A stretch of DNA of 64,000 nucleotides, taken from Haliotis rufescens (Eukaryota). The stretch lies in contig NW_025964334.1 of assembly GCF_023055435.1 (NCBI RefSeq), positions 1,860,001 through 1,924,000 of the forward strand, read 5' to 3'. Below the pieces are notes generated by a model. The model was not told the DNA's origin. It made no database searches and saw only the letters and a program-made list of their open reading frames with translations. Positions 11,701 through 24,516 of the stretch are shown here, in pieces (positions within the stretch are counted from its first letter, which is position 1; each line of letters starts with the position of its first letter). Both the position numbers and the translations under genes were made by a program.

Positions 11701-14700
11701 TATTTATTGGAAATCAATCTTGTTTGAGAATTTGTGCATACTGCTTTTTGAGTATTATAATTAATAGGTAGTATGCTGGATTACAAAAATATTGGCAGAC
11801 TGAGGCTAATAACCCAACTAAAAGTCTTGAAAATGACACATGAAAAGGCCTTGAATTTTCATGTTCCATATCTGTATGAACCGTGCATTACAGATGAAGC
11901 AAAGGTGATGAAGAGCCAAAGTGAATATTTCTCATTAATCACACATTTTTGTGATGTTTAAGTGGAGGTTTTTCATGGTGTTCATGTTTGTAGATCCCTG
12001 TTGAAGATAAGAATGCTCAGGAGGAAGAGGTTGAGGAAGAGCCAACGTACTGCGAGGTGTGCGGCCGTTGTGACCGGGAGGACAGACTACTGCTGTGTGA
12101 TGGCTGTGATCTGGGGTGGGTGCTGGCTCACATCCTGTAGGGCGTCACTGGTTGGGTGGGTGCTGGCTCACATCCTGTAGGGCGTCACTGGTGGGGTGGG
12201 TGCTGGCTCACATCCTGATGGGGGTCACTGGTGGGGTGGGTGCTGGCTCACATCCTGTAGGGCGTCACTGGTGGGGTGGGTGCTGGCTCACATCCTGATG
12301 GGGCGTCACTGGTGGGGTGGTGCTGGCTCACATCCTGTAGGGCGTCACTGGTGGGGTGGGTGCTGGCTCACATCCTGTAGGGCGTCACTCGTGGGGTGGG
12401 TGCTGGCTCACATCCTGTAGGGCGTCACTGGTGGGGTGGGTGCTGGCTCACATCCTGTAGGGCGTCACTGATGGGGTGGTGCTGGCTCACATCCTGTAGG
12501 GGGGTCACTGGTTGGGTGGGTGCTGGCTCACATCCTGTAGGGGTCACTGGTGGGGTGGTGCTGGCTCACATCCTGTGGGGGGTCACTGGTGGGGTGGGTG
12601 GTGTCTCACATCCTGTGGGGGATCACTGGTGGGGTGGGGTGGGGTGGGTGGTGTCTCACATCCTGTGGGGGGTCACTGGTGGGGTGGGGTGGGTGGTGTC
12701 TCACATCCTGTAGGGCGTCACTGGTGGGGTGGTGCTGGCTCAAATCCTGTAGGGGGGTCACTGGTGGGGTGGGTGCTGGCTCACATCCTGTAGGGGTCAC
12801 TGGTGGGGTGGTGCTGGCTCACATCCTGTGGGGGATCACTGGTGGGGTGGGGTGGGTGGTGTCTCACATCCTGTAGGGGGTCACTGGTGGGGTTGGGTGG
12901 TGTCTCACATCCTGTGGGGGGTCACTGGTGGGGTGGGTGGTGTCTCACATCCTGTAGGGGGTCACTGGTGGGGTGGGTGGTGTCTCACATCCTGTAGGGG
13001 GTCACTGGTGGGGTGGGTGGGTGGTGGCTCACATCCTGTAGGGGTTCACTGGTGGGGTTGGGTGGGTGGTGTCTCACATCCTGTGGGGAATCACTGGTGG
13101 GGTAAAACTGGAAGTGGAAGAAAATGTCACTAGTTCCAGAATTGTAATAGTTCCAGAATTGTAATAGCCTTGGACTCGCCGACTTGTGTTTATTGAAGTG
13201 GTTATTGTGTTGCAGGTTTCACTGTGAGTGTCTGTCGCCACCTCTGGCCGACATCCCTGTAGAGGAGTGGTTCTGTTCCGACTGTGCCGCAGCCAACAAG
13301 GAAGGTAAAGGTCACCTAGCTGTTTCTGATTGGTCATTTTCATTTATTGAGGAAGGATATATTTTACCTTATGAAAATGGTATATATTTTTTATTAGCCT
13401 GTTAGTAATCCAGATTGGCAGGCATGAACGAGATAAATGGATGACATGAGATAACAGTGCCTCACGTTCACTGTACATGGTCAACTAACGTGAGGTTAAA
13501 AAGTGTGACTGGTGAGTGTATGTGTGTGTGTAGCTCTTACTGTCAACCATGCGTTTGTCTTATCCTGACTTAACTACATCCATGATGTGTTGTAGTCTTC
13601 TAGACAATATACTAGCCGCTGCTTGTCATAAGAGGCGAGTCAGTGGATCGAGAAGTCACACTCAGTGACTTTGTTGATTGCGTATCATTTCCCAATTGCC
13701 TGGACAGAGCTCCAGATAAGCTGCGTATCTGTGTGAAATACGCATCAGAAATGCAGATCTACGCAGTAAAATATAATCCAAGTGTATCAAATACGCAACG
13801 AACATTACAGATACGCTACAAAAATAAAATTTGTGTGTATCATCAAAATATTGTGAAGTAACCCTGCGTATTCGATCAGCAAATCAGCAACTTATTTTGA
13901 AATTATAAACGGGCATTCCGTCAACCTTGCCAAACTCCACGATGACAGTCACATCATGATCATTTGCCATCACACTTTCGTGTGGAAGTATCGTGGTATT
14001 TTTGAGTCCTATAAAGCTCTCGAACCCACACGACTCCAGTTTGCAGGGACTAGATGAATAGTGTTTTTAAATATTTAACTTAAATACCCACATGTGTAAA
14101 AACTAGTGGGTAACAGAAATTTGAATACGCAGATAGAATTACTGATACCCATTGATTTTAAAATGCATGGGTAAAATACCCACAACACCAAAAGCTTATC
14201 TGGAGCTCTGATGGATCAATGCTAATCACTGGTTTGTCTGATCCATACTTGCCTGTTAACAGATCATTGCCATATCACTGGACGCTTGCTAAGCAGGACA
14301 TTACACACGCACACACACACACACTCTGACTGTTTTGTTGATGGTGTAGGTGCAGTTGAAGAAAGTGAAGAGGAAGATATTGACATCCGCCCCCGACGCC
14401 GTCTCATTGCTCGTACTCTAGTTAGTGAAAGAGTGCGGACGCGGATCAGGCAGACCCGTGTCGAGAGGGCATTACGGCTGCCACCCGAACTCGTTTCCTC
14501 ATCTGAGGTAAGAACGAGATTGAAGTCATGTTCTTCATACATGTTCGATCAATAAACTATTTTCTTGGTAGTTTTAGTGTTGCAGCAAACCTGACAATTC
14601 AGTGATGTCATGTTTTGGACACAACTGCTGATATACAAATGATATCAAGTGGCAGAAATTAATTGTTGAGCCCTGGAATTTAATGTTTTTGTGTTGAATC

Positions 14701-17700
14701 TAGAGCTGGGACAAGTAGCTCGGGTACTGAGGTCGGATGGGTCCTTAGTAGGACCCAGGTACCCACAGGACGACCAGTATCTGTTAGTCACATGATATAT
14801 TTTTTAGTGACAGTGACAATAAAGCTCCATGGTGACATAGGGAGTCACTAATGTTCGCATTTCTTTCTGACTGTGTATGCTTTCCTTCTGATGTTTATGT
14901 GTTTGGGTAAAGATAAAGCTTCAGTCAACTTCAGTGTATGCATGATCAGAATGTACTATACGTGTATCTAAATAGTTTCATAGGGCTCCTGTGAAACAAT
15001 TTCCAATCGGACATTTTGTACCCAATTTGAGGCCTACAGCAGGTACCTGGGTAGGGTAGGGTAGGGTAGAGTCGGGTTTTAGGCCTTCAGTTACCCGGGT
15101 AGTAAATTTGGACTCATCCCAGTCGTACCTGAATCTTTCATTGTGCAGATAAGGCAAGAATGTTGTCTCAGGTGACTGAAAGTCTGCCTATACAGTTAAC
15201 TCTCAATCTCACAACTTCACAACTACAGGAAGAAGGCGTGTCTGCTGCTTCTTCAAGTCAAACATCTGCATCCCCTTTGAAAAAGAAATCTCCTGTCAAA
15301 CGACGAAAGAAGACCACAAGGCGGAAAACCCGTAAACGCAAGAGTCCAAAGAAGCGGAAAACTAAATCCCCAGGCTCGAAAACAAAAAAGAAAACGGCTG
15401 GCAAACGGAGGAGGAAGAGAAAGGGAGGAAAGAAGCGAAAGGTGGGATGATGTCTTGTGTTTGTAATCAGATCAACGTCTACCTGAATAATTAATTAATT
15501 GTCATTAGAACTGAACATTGTGAAGAACAAATATGTACCAAGTACCCATTGCAGGTCAGATGTGACAAAGTTGGAATGGGTAGTCAAAGCCACAGAAACT
15601 GGTTGATGGAATGTCATCGTCCTCTGGTGCTCATTTTTCCGGCACTGGTTTGCCTGGTCCAGACTTGATTATTTACAGACTGACATGATACAGTTTAAAT
15701 ATATCTTACTGAAGCGTTAAAGAACACTTACTTTTAAAAGCTCTGCAACTTCAACAGGACCCTGCCCCACCATGATACACATACACCCACGTTCACATTG
15801 ATGGGGTGGTGGGGTAGCTCAGTGGATAAAGCGTTCACTCGTCTCGTCGAAGACCTGGCTTCGAATCCCTATATGGAATATTGATAAAAACGGCATACTC
15901 ACTCACTCACTCACTCACTCACTCACTCACTCACTCACTCACTCACTCACTCACTCAAATTGACATCCTTGGACATTAGGAGTGTTTTTTAAGACTTGTT
16001 GAAATAGTGTTTAATGAGTCCTCAGAGTTGGTAACGAGACAAAAATGTGTGTCATGTGTACCATGTTTACATTTTTCGTCAGCTTTATTCAGTTAATACC
16101 AAAAGATGTTAAAGATGGTACTTGTTGTTATCCTGTCTGGCGCTCAGTATTATGGGGCTAAAACAAGGACTGGTCGGCTCGGAGTCAGTATACTGTGTCT
16201 AGTGGTGTAGTCATGGTAAACTGCAGCATGGTATCTGAGTGTGCTAGCACTATAAATCGGCATCAGTCCGGACTAGTACAAGCAGCGAAACACGCACATG
16301 TACATGCACGTCGCTATATAAGTGCAATAATCTTCTACGCGACGTTAAACCGCATTTCACCTCCCCTCTGTTATATTCATTTGTAGCAAAATTGAGACCT
16401 GGTTCAGAACTATTGCTCTCAACTGCTACTAGTCCATGAGGACTACCATCTTTGGGTCTGTTCTTGTCGTCAGTACAATTAGTAGTCTCAGGCTAGCAGA
16501 GTAGCGTGAATTTCAAGAGCTGTATTGACTGTGCAACTGTTGCAGCTAAAGAGAGGCAGTCCTCGTACAGCAGCTCCCGCATCCACCACAGTCAAGTCTC
16601 GGATCGCGGGGCGCCTGGGTCTGTCCAAGCCTCCGTCAGGTCTCTCCATACCTATGCAGAAGCTGCCCCAGGAGAAGACGCTAGAGCAACACCGCGCCGA
16701 GGATGTTGGCTTCTCTATACTCGGCCATAAAGACGATCTAGATCATTTCCAAGAGTAAGCACTGTTAAACCTCGTTAATCCAGACACACCCACCTTTTAG
16801 ACAATTGCTTTCTGGATCGCCTTTTTTTAAAAAACATTACTCCTTTATGATGTTTCGTTTGTTAATCCAGTGTCTGCTAATAGCTGTAAGATCGCTGATG
16901 CAGCATTAAACAATGATGACTGCCTCACTCACTCAGAATGGTGCCATCTGGAGTAATGAGGCACCGGTAGTCGAATTGTGAAAGAGTCTTATTTTGTTGG
17001 ACCCCTGTGGAGTCAATAACTCCCTGGGAGCCGTTGTACATAGCGATCTTAGCGCTAAGGTGATCATAACTCCCATACCTTAACATAAGTCTTACGACAG
17101 TTGTAGTGCTAAGCTGTTTCGGACAACAGCACCCTGAACTAGTAGTTTAACAAATTATTACTTCAAAGATTTGGGGAGTTTTGAACCATTTCCGTGAGGC
17201 ACAGTATCATTAGTCCAGTCTTTATTTGCAGTGATGATGTGTCACCTGAAGCTCAACCAAGTGGTAGTGGGAAGGCAGGCCGTCTCACCAAGTATTCTGT
17301 ATTATCATTGAAGTCACATCGTCCTGTTGGCAGAGTCAGAATACCGAAGTAAGTTCAGTTAATTTGTACAGTGAACTCTGTGTGGACCTTGGTGTAAGTG
17401 TCCACAGCACTGTATTGCTTGTCACTTGGGTCAGGTAGTCGGACTATGTGATGTAGTTAATTGCAGACCCGTGAAGATCCGGGGTAGAATAGGTCTTCAG
17501 CAACCCATGCTTGCCACAAGAGGCGACTATGCTTGTAGTAAGAGGCGACTAACCGGATCGGTAGGTCACACTCGCTGATTTTGTTGATGAATGTCGTATC
17601 CCAATTGTGTGGATCGATGCTCATGATGTCAGTCACTAGATTGTCTGGTCCAGACTCGATTATTTACGAACTGCCGTCATATAGCTGGAATATTGCTGAG

Positions 17701-20700
17701 TGCGGCATTAAACAACAAACAAACAAACAAAGCATGTCATCATATTCCAACGGTGTTGAATATTGCTCATTGTATGAATCACTGGTTTTCTTGGTGCACA
17801 CATGATTAATATTCTGGGATGGAAATAAGCTAGCTTGGATGAGTTTTGTTGATGGTATCTGTAAGGCTAGTAGAGTCTTCCTGTATGTTGTCAATATTCA
17901 GGCTGGTGGATGTACTTGGTTAGTTGCCATCCCTTTTGTTCACAAGCAATGTGATGTGGCTGAAATATTGCAGACCGCAGTGTAATACAACAAACAAGAT
18001 CCTCCCTAGGGTACATGAATAGTTATCCATTCTCCTTGACAAAGGGGGCGGTGGGGTAGCCTAGTGGTTAAAGCATCCACTCATCATGCCTGGGTTCGAT
18101 TCCCAACAAAGTGTAAAGCCCATATTTTTAAACTTATCCTATCTCACACTATGCATTTCTTCTTATTCTTTGATCTTGGTGTGGAAACGTCCTAGAACAG
18201 AGTTTCCAGCTTCAAAACACCCCTCACCGAAACACATCCCATACATCACCAAATCACCACTGTGATCATGGTTCACGCACCACTAAAATCCCGTGCAACA
18301 CGACCCCAGCGACCTGAGGTTTAAGAAGAAATGCATAGTTTGAGATAGGATAAGTATATAAATATACAAATTTATTAGAACATTTACAATTCCGGTGTTC
18401 CCCACCTTGAAATTGCTGGAATATTGCTATAAAAAATGGCGTAAAACTATACTCACTCACTCACTCACTCAACCACTCAACCACTCAACCACTCACTCAC
18501 TCACTCACATCATGACAAGGTGTCATATGTATTGTTTCAGTATGGGTTGTCTAAACAAATGTCACCGTAACTTTGTTTAACTCTCCAACTGATGATCTTG
18601 ATGTCTTTGCCAGAGTGTCAACCCCGTCCACCCTCGTGGTCGAGCCAGCAGCAGCAACCAGCTCCACCTTCGACATCCTCGGCTGCATCATGCAGAGTCA
18701 GAGCATCCTCAACATGAAGAGCGGGGATGTCACGATAAAGAGAGACGGTAGGTCCAGCCATCGGATTTCATGCTTGTCTTGAGACCAAGACTACTAATTA
18801 GTGCTGAGGTCAAGTAATAGTCCCTAATGACTAGTTTGAGGCTATGATACTGGACAGTTCTCAATGCTGTGATTTTAGTCAGTCAAGCAGGACTAGCTAC
18901 AAACTCAGAAGGATTAGTGCCATGAGTTAACAATAGTCCTCTGGACTTATCTTTAAAGAAATTAATGATCACAATATCTGTCATTATGGATGCACGGACA
19001 AATATTTAAATAGCAATTTTAAGTAATGTCATGACATGTACAGACTTTTATTACCTCCCCCTGGGGATTAGATTTTGGTTGGCCTAGCCAATTATTGTTC
19101 ATATCTTGTTCATCTATTCAATTTAGATTCTTAACAGATCTCATGTTGAACTATAATGTTCATGGTTGACTTTAACCATCTCATTAATTGGCGAGACCTT
19201 TACAACTAGATCATTAGATGTATTTGATCCCATATTGGTGGAGTGTATCTCATTAATTGGCGAGACCTTTACAACTAGATCATGTAGATGTATTTGATCC
19301 CATATTGCTGGAGTGTGTCTGTATTTCAAGTCACATGTGATTTGCCCTGATGAAATCTTCTTTTGTTTGTTTCTTCTCAGGTTCTCTCGTTGCAAACAAG
19401 CCAGTCCCAAAGGCAGACGTTCATCTGAAACATAGCAACACATTTGAGTTGAACACATTCTCAAAGGAGAAGGAAGTTGATGAGTACGACCCGTCTAATC
19501 CCACAGATGAAGATGCAGCTGATGTTCTGTCCTCGAAGCAAGGCCAACTGGCTCCAGCAGCCTCAATTGGCTTTGACTACGACCCATTTGAACCCACAGA
19601 TGACTCGCCAAGCAAACCTGAGACTGTGTATGATCCTTCCTTTCCTACAAACGAGGACGCAGATATGGGAGAAGATGGCGCCAAGGACAGTGAAAATGAG
19701 ACGGATACTGTTGTGAAAGATATTGAGGATAAGACTGAGCAAGATGATGAATGTTCTAATCTGGACGGGGAAGAGGTGCAGGAGTCGGAGAAAACAGATG
19801 ACGATTGTGTGAAAGAAGATGCATCAGAACCGGACTCCATTCCAGGCATCAAGAGCCAAAGTGATATTTTTGAGGCCAGTAGTGAGATTACATCTGAAGA
19901 TTCCAAGGTGTGTACTGAAGCAAAGGGGGGCGAATGTGATGTTGGGTCTCCGAGTGAAGTGATGGAGTACGCCCTGGACGATACCTCCATGGACTCTGAA
20001 AAACCTCTGCAGATTGATGAAGGTGGAGAAGACGAAGACAGTCAGAAGGCAGAGGATGGAGCTGAAGAGACTCTTGCAGAAGAGGAAGTAGAAGAAACGG
20101 AAACAAATTCTCAAGATGCCAATGAGGGACAGGAGGAAGAGGTTGAGGAAGAAGTCGAGGAAGAAGTTGCCGAGAATGAGGAAGTTGCCGAGAATGAAGA
20201 AGTTACTGAGAATGAAGAAGTTGCTGAGAATGAGGAAGTTGCTGAAAATGAGGAAGTTGCTGAAAATGAGGAAGGAGAAGAGGTGGAGGACGAGGATGGT
20301 GAGGAAGAAGAAGTGGAGGAGGAGGAGGAGGTTGAAGTGGAGGAGGAGGAGGAGGAAGAAGAAGAAGAACAGGAGGAAGAGGAGCAAGAGGCAGGGGGTG
20401 ATGAAGAAGGTGAGATTGAGGAAGAGGTTCAAGCTCGGACAATGGGGTCACATCTAGGGGGATGGGACACAGATGATTCTGACTATGAAATTACCCGAGA
20501 ACAGGAAAACAAGGTGCCCATTTCAGAGTTTCCACGTATTCCTAAGAAGAGGAGTTACAGGAATAAGGATGCTGCTGATGATTTAAGGACAGTGTTGCAA
20601 CGGTTAGATGAAAAAGGCCATGGTCACCGGGCATATGAAAAGAAGGAATCTGTTCATAAGAGTAAAAGAGACTCTGACTCCAAAGATAGGACTTCTAAGT

Positions 20701-23700
20701 ATGATAAGAGGGAAAGAGACTATGAAAGAAGGGATAAAGATAGACGTGATGATCGAGAAGAACGATCACGTGATAAGCATAGCAGAAAAGAACTGTCACG
20801 AGGTGAATATGAAAGTTCGTCTCGGCATAAACGAAGGAAAGACACTAGATCTAGAAGTAGGTCCCGAGAGAGAAAGGATAGCTCTGGGTCACATGACCGT
20901 AGAAGGTCAAGATCACGTGAAAGGTCATCTCGCAAAAAGCGTAGAGAACGGTCATATTCTCGTGAAAGATCTTATGAAAGAGAAAAATCGCACAAGAAAA
21001 AGAGGCGTGATCGTGATCGTAGCCGGGATCGTAGCATTGAACATAGAGGTCGTAGAAGTCGTTCTCGATCTCACAGTCCTAGAAAATATTCTGAAAGAGA
21101 CAGTTATTCTAAACAAAATCGTGATAGTGAAAGATCGTATAAAAGAAAGAGTGACAGGGAAGATTCAAGGAGTGAGTACAAGAAGATTCGATCTGGAGAT
21201 GAGGCTGAAAAGGAAACTACCAAGTATTCCTCAGTGAAAGTTAATCACAGTGCACCCAAATTAGTGCCTGTTTCTTTCACGGATGACCCAATAGTTCTTA
21301 GTGATGATGAGGAGGAGCAGGACCATGAAAATATACCTCTGCCATCCTTCGGGCCAAGTGGAAGTGCAAAGTCCGATTTGGCAAAGAAAAGTGAAAATCT
21401 GGACATCAAAGGTGATAAGCCTGATGCTAAAAGTGATAAGTCAGACAGCAAAAGTGAAAGGGCTAAGAGTGACAAATCAGCAAGTAAGAATGAAAAGCCT
21501 AAATCAGAGAGTGAAAAACATGTCCGTCTTCAGTTGAAGTCGTTTGCCACTAAGAAAGTGTCGGAGCATTTGATTAAGCAGGGTGGTATATTCGGGAAGG
21601 AGCCGTCTGTGTACGACCCCGCTCACCCGACCGATGAGGAACAGGAGACCGAGAAGGGAATCTCAGTGGACTTTCAAGGTGCTGTGCCCAACAGTGCGTC
21701 ACCCGACCTTCCGCCACAGCTCATGCAAAATGCTCACGGACAGGGACCTTTCATAAGTGAGAATGCATTTATTTTGACAAGTGAGCCAGGGGTTATGCAG
21801 CCACAAAATATTCCTCTGCCTGCTGTGACGTTTGGGATGCTTCATCCCCGACTCCAACCAGGCTTGCCCCAAAGACAGATTCTCATGAACCCTGTTATGT
21901 TAAATCAGCCACCTCCGTTCACACAAACCCAGCCAGGTAGATTTCCTCGTCTCCCGACTGGGGCGATGCCTCGGTTTGGCTGGCAGGTGAACCCTCCTGG
22001 CGGCATGTTGCCGCTACAGCAGAACAGATTTGGTGCTCGTATGCCTCCTGGCCCTGGCGGAATGCCCCCAGGGGGTAATGTGATGAACGGTGGCTTCGAC
22101 CCCATGGGTCCTGACCACTCGCGTCCTCCCTTCCCACCTAACATGCACCTCCCACCAGATCACAATCACCCACCTCCAGTGCAGATGAAAATGAACCAAA
22201 TTCGTCCTCTACTGCCGAACCCACTCAGACCACCCCCCGGACCACAGGCTCCAAAATCACAGCTGGAACAGTTGGAAGAGATCTCAAAATTACTAAGTGC
22301 TCAAGCCCAGCTTGCTGCTCTTGAAAAGGACAAATCTGGCCTTAATTCCCCCAGTGGGAAGGGGAACGGCATCTTTAAGGTGCCACTCCCCCCACAGCTG
22401 TTTGGCAAAGGGGCTTTACTGAAGGCGCAGGAGTCGGTGGAGACCACGGAGGTTGTGGACATGGACATGTCCCCGCTAGATGACGACTGTGAGCTGGAGC
22501 TGCCCACCCCGCCCGACTGCATGAACACCGACCCAGATGAAAAACCCAAGAAAAGGACAGTTGACTTGAAAACTTTTAAGAAAACCGTCCAGGAGCTGTC
22601 TTCAACTCAGGATGACCAACCGTCGTCAGCTGCGGACCTCACAAACAAGGACAAGGTACGACTGAATGAGGTTAGGATATGCTTAATAATATAACTTAAA
22701 AAAACAATTTAAGTCATTGATTTTAAAAAGTAATCAAATAATGAACACACATTTTTAAAATCATTAATTTAGGCAATTTTTTCTCTGTATTCTCTTATAC
22801 TCTTAAATGTTATTTTACAACACAAACACGACAAGGAAACTTTGACATGGCACAATTTTAACAATGCTTTTAAAACTTTTTTCAGACTTTCTAATTGTTA
22901 TTCTCAATTTTATTATCGCTACAATTTATTAAATGGTTGGTGGGAATGGATCGCAGATTCTGTGATCTATCAGAAACCAGTCAATAATTGGAACATGTTT
23001 CAGGTAACATGTACTCATTAAGTTATGCCATCTCTGTCAGCCATATTTACTGATCTATGAGACAATATGCAGCAATCATCATGTGCAAACATAAGAAAGT
23101 TACTGCCCACATGGATAGGTAATAACTGTTAACTCCCTTGGATTAACATATCTATTGCCACCCACCTATTCTAAACATAATTTAGTTTTCAGACAAGTTA
23201 TAAATGTGATAAACATGAACTTATCAAAGTGTAACGATTGGTCATTAAGGTCGTTCAGGTTGCCATGGCTACAGTAAATACAATCATGTTTGTTGTGGAA
23301 CTGAGGGAAATATGATGTGAAGCTTGACCTGACCTGACTGATGTTCTACCTGTTTTATTCCAATGCATTGTCTAGGCCCAGTGCAGGGATGAGTTCTCTC
23401 CATTATCGTTGGTTCCTGAAAATTATTGACGGCTGCTGCTTGGACATTTTCAGAAACCATTTGTCATGTTTGTGATGTTTTTGCTTACCTATGTTATTTA
23501 ACCCTGAAGGAAAACTTTCACAAATTATTGAAACAAAAAAGATTTGGGTAAGAATTGGCCTCATGCTTGTTGTTAGAGGCAACTCACAGGATCGGGTGGT
23601 CAGGTGCTCACTGACTTGGTGGATGCATGTCACCCTATCCCAGTTGAGTAAATCAGTGCTCATGATGTCAGTCGCTAGATTGTCTGGTCCAGATTCAATT

Positions 23701-24516
23701 ATTTACAGACTGCTGTCATATAGCTTGAATATTGCTGAGTGCGGCGTTAAACAACACACAAAACAACCTGTAAACCAGGAAATGAAACATAAGTCCTGCT
23801 GTACAGCCACACTGATGTTGGTGAGTGTGTCTCGTACTTACAATGTTGCCATGTGTTGTAGTATTTGAAGAAACTGCATCTCCAGGAGCGGGTGGTGGAC
23901 GAGGTGAAGCTAGCCATTAAACCCTTCTACAGTAGCAAGAAGATCAATAAGGACGAATATAAGGAGATTCTCAGGAAGGCTGTGCCAAAGGTAACCACTT
24001 CCTTTACAGGGACTGTAACCTCCCTCATACATGTAGGCAGCAGGACCCGTAAAGATCCGGGGTAGAATAGGTCTTCAGCAACCCATGCTTGCTGTAAAAG
24101 GCAACTATGCTTGTCGTAAGAGGCGACTATCGGGATCTGTTGGTTAGACTCACTGACTTGGTAGATGCAGGTCATTGTATCCTAATAACGTGGATCGATG
24201 CTCATGATGTCAGTCACTGGATTTTCTGGTCCAGACTCGATTATTTACAGACCACCGTCATGGAGCTGGAATATTGCTGAGTGCGACGTTAAACAACAAA
24301 CAAAGAATATCTATCAGATGTTGAATTTTTATCTTTCCCTTCCAGGTGTGCCATAGCAAGAGTGGAGATGTGAACCCTGTAAAGATCAGGGCACTTGTCG
24401 ATGCATATGTTAGCAAAGTGCGCAAAGGTCGGAAACCACACAAAGAAGTAAAGAAGAAATCCAAAGATGATTCAAAAGCAAATGGTGAAAGACTAAAGGG
24501 GAAACCATCTCGATAG
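8706..24516 (+). CDS. PHRF1: PHD and RING finger domain-containing protein 1-like (PHRF1/SCAF11 family), about 1723 aa
   Basis: Exons 8706-8991, 10737-10921, 11071-11154, 11994-12115, 13216-13304, 14350-14507, 15229-15441, 16546-16754, 17232-17348, 18614-18747, 19381-22655, 23862-23990, 24346-24516; all GT-AG and phase-consistent, 5172 nt. [33 protein letters not shown]; [33 protein letters not shown]; RS-rich region; SRI domain [53 protein letters not shown]. Confidence 0.93.
9152..9398 (+). mobile_element. SINE-like family B (~260 bp; CGTAAGAGGCGACTAA core; (AAAC)n tail)
   Basis: Matches many dispersed copies in the window; ends TAGCTGGAATATTGCTGAGTGCG.CGTTAAACAACAAACAAAC. Confidence 0.85.
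9484..10162. mobile_element. Non-autonomous DNA transposon with short TIRs
   Basis: CAGTGCCAGGGATTGTC ... GATAATCCCTGCACTG inverted ends; TSD not evident. Confidence 0.5.
10325..10673. mobile_element. hAT-type MITE with 8-bp TSD
   Basis: TAGAGGTGAAAC.ATAC ... GTATCATTTCATCTCTA ends flanked by CTGGATAT on both sides; related inverted copy at 42847-43209. Confidence 0.8.
12116..13101. repeat. 40-bp G-rich minisatellite (~24 copies) at the start of a PHRF1 intron
   Basis: Unit GTGGGTGCTGGCTCACATCCTGTAGGGCGTCACTGGTGGG; TGCTGGCTCA recurs at 12121, 12161, 12201, 12241; units drift in sequence towards the 3' end. Confidence 0.95.
13705..14210. mobile_element. MITE with 18-bp TIR inserted in a SINE B copy
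   Basis: CAGAGCTCCAGATAAGCT ... AGCTTATCTGGAGCTCTG; SINE B sequence on both sides; imperfect 5-bp duplication (C/A)TGGA. Confidence 0.85.
14700..15125. mobile_element. Non-autonomous DNA element; related copy at ~42126-42580
   Basis: Shared GCTGGGAC..GTA.CTC start and internal GGACCCAGGTA.CCACAGGAC, CATTTCTTTCTGACT, AACTTCAGTGTAT. Confidence 0.6.
15803..15956 (+). mobile_element. SINE family A, internally deleted, with long (ACTC)n microsatellite tail
   Basis: GGGGTGGTGGGGTAGCTCAGTGG head, GCTTCGAATCC B-box, about 15 ACTC repeats. Confidence 0.85.
16096..16365 (+). mobile_element. SINE family C (MetaSINE-like central domain), 5'-truncated
   Basis: ATACCAAAAGATGTTAAAGATGGTACTTGTTG..CTGGCGCTCAG; near-identical copies at 53670-54183 and 61478-61747. 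Confidence 0.75.
17467..17730 (+). mobile_element. SINE-like family B, full length
   Basis: GACCCGTGAAGATCCGGGGTAGAATAGGTCTTCAGCAACCCATGC through to the (AAAC)n tail. Confidence 0.88.
18044..18508 (+). mobile_element. SINE family A split by a ~265-bp insertion
   Basis: Head 18044-18124 (GGGGGCGGTGGGGTAGCCTAGTGGTTAAAGC); body and tail resume at ~18393 (CGGTGTTCCCC..TTGCTGGAATATTGCT..ACTC tail). Confidence 0.75.
19178..19317. repeat. Local ~70-bp tandem duplication upstream of the large PHRF1 exon
   Basis: ATCTCATTAATTGGCGAGACCTTTACAACTAGATCAT..GGAGTGT occurs twice, head to tail. Confidence 0.9.
20160..20272 (+). repeat. 18-bp coding minisatellite encoding EEVAEN x6
   Basis: GAAGTTGC(C/T)GA(G/A)AATGA(G/A) repeats within the acidic tract of the 3.3-kb exon. 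Confidence 0.9.
24044..24304 (+). mobile_element. SINE-like family B, full length, filling most of the last PHRF1 intron
   Basis: Same consensus as 17467-17730; another copy at 23563-23766. Confidence 0.88.

Noticed and set aside
12116-13133. Gly/Trp-rich ORFs in all frames
   Set aside because: Artefacts of the 40-bp repeat, inside an intron whose flanking exons join into an intact PHD finger.
19477-22549. Overlapping and antisense ORFs within the large PHRF1 exon
   Set aside because: Shadows of low-complexity coding sequence.
23403-23868. Recurrent short ORFs with [22 protein letters not shown]
   Set aside because: Translations of SINE family B copies, not a protein family.
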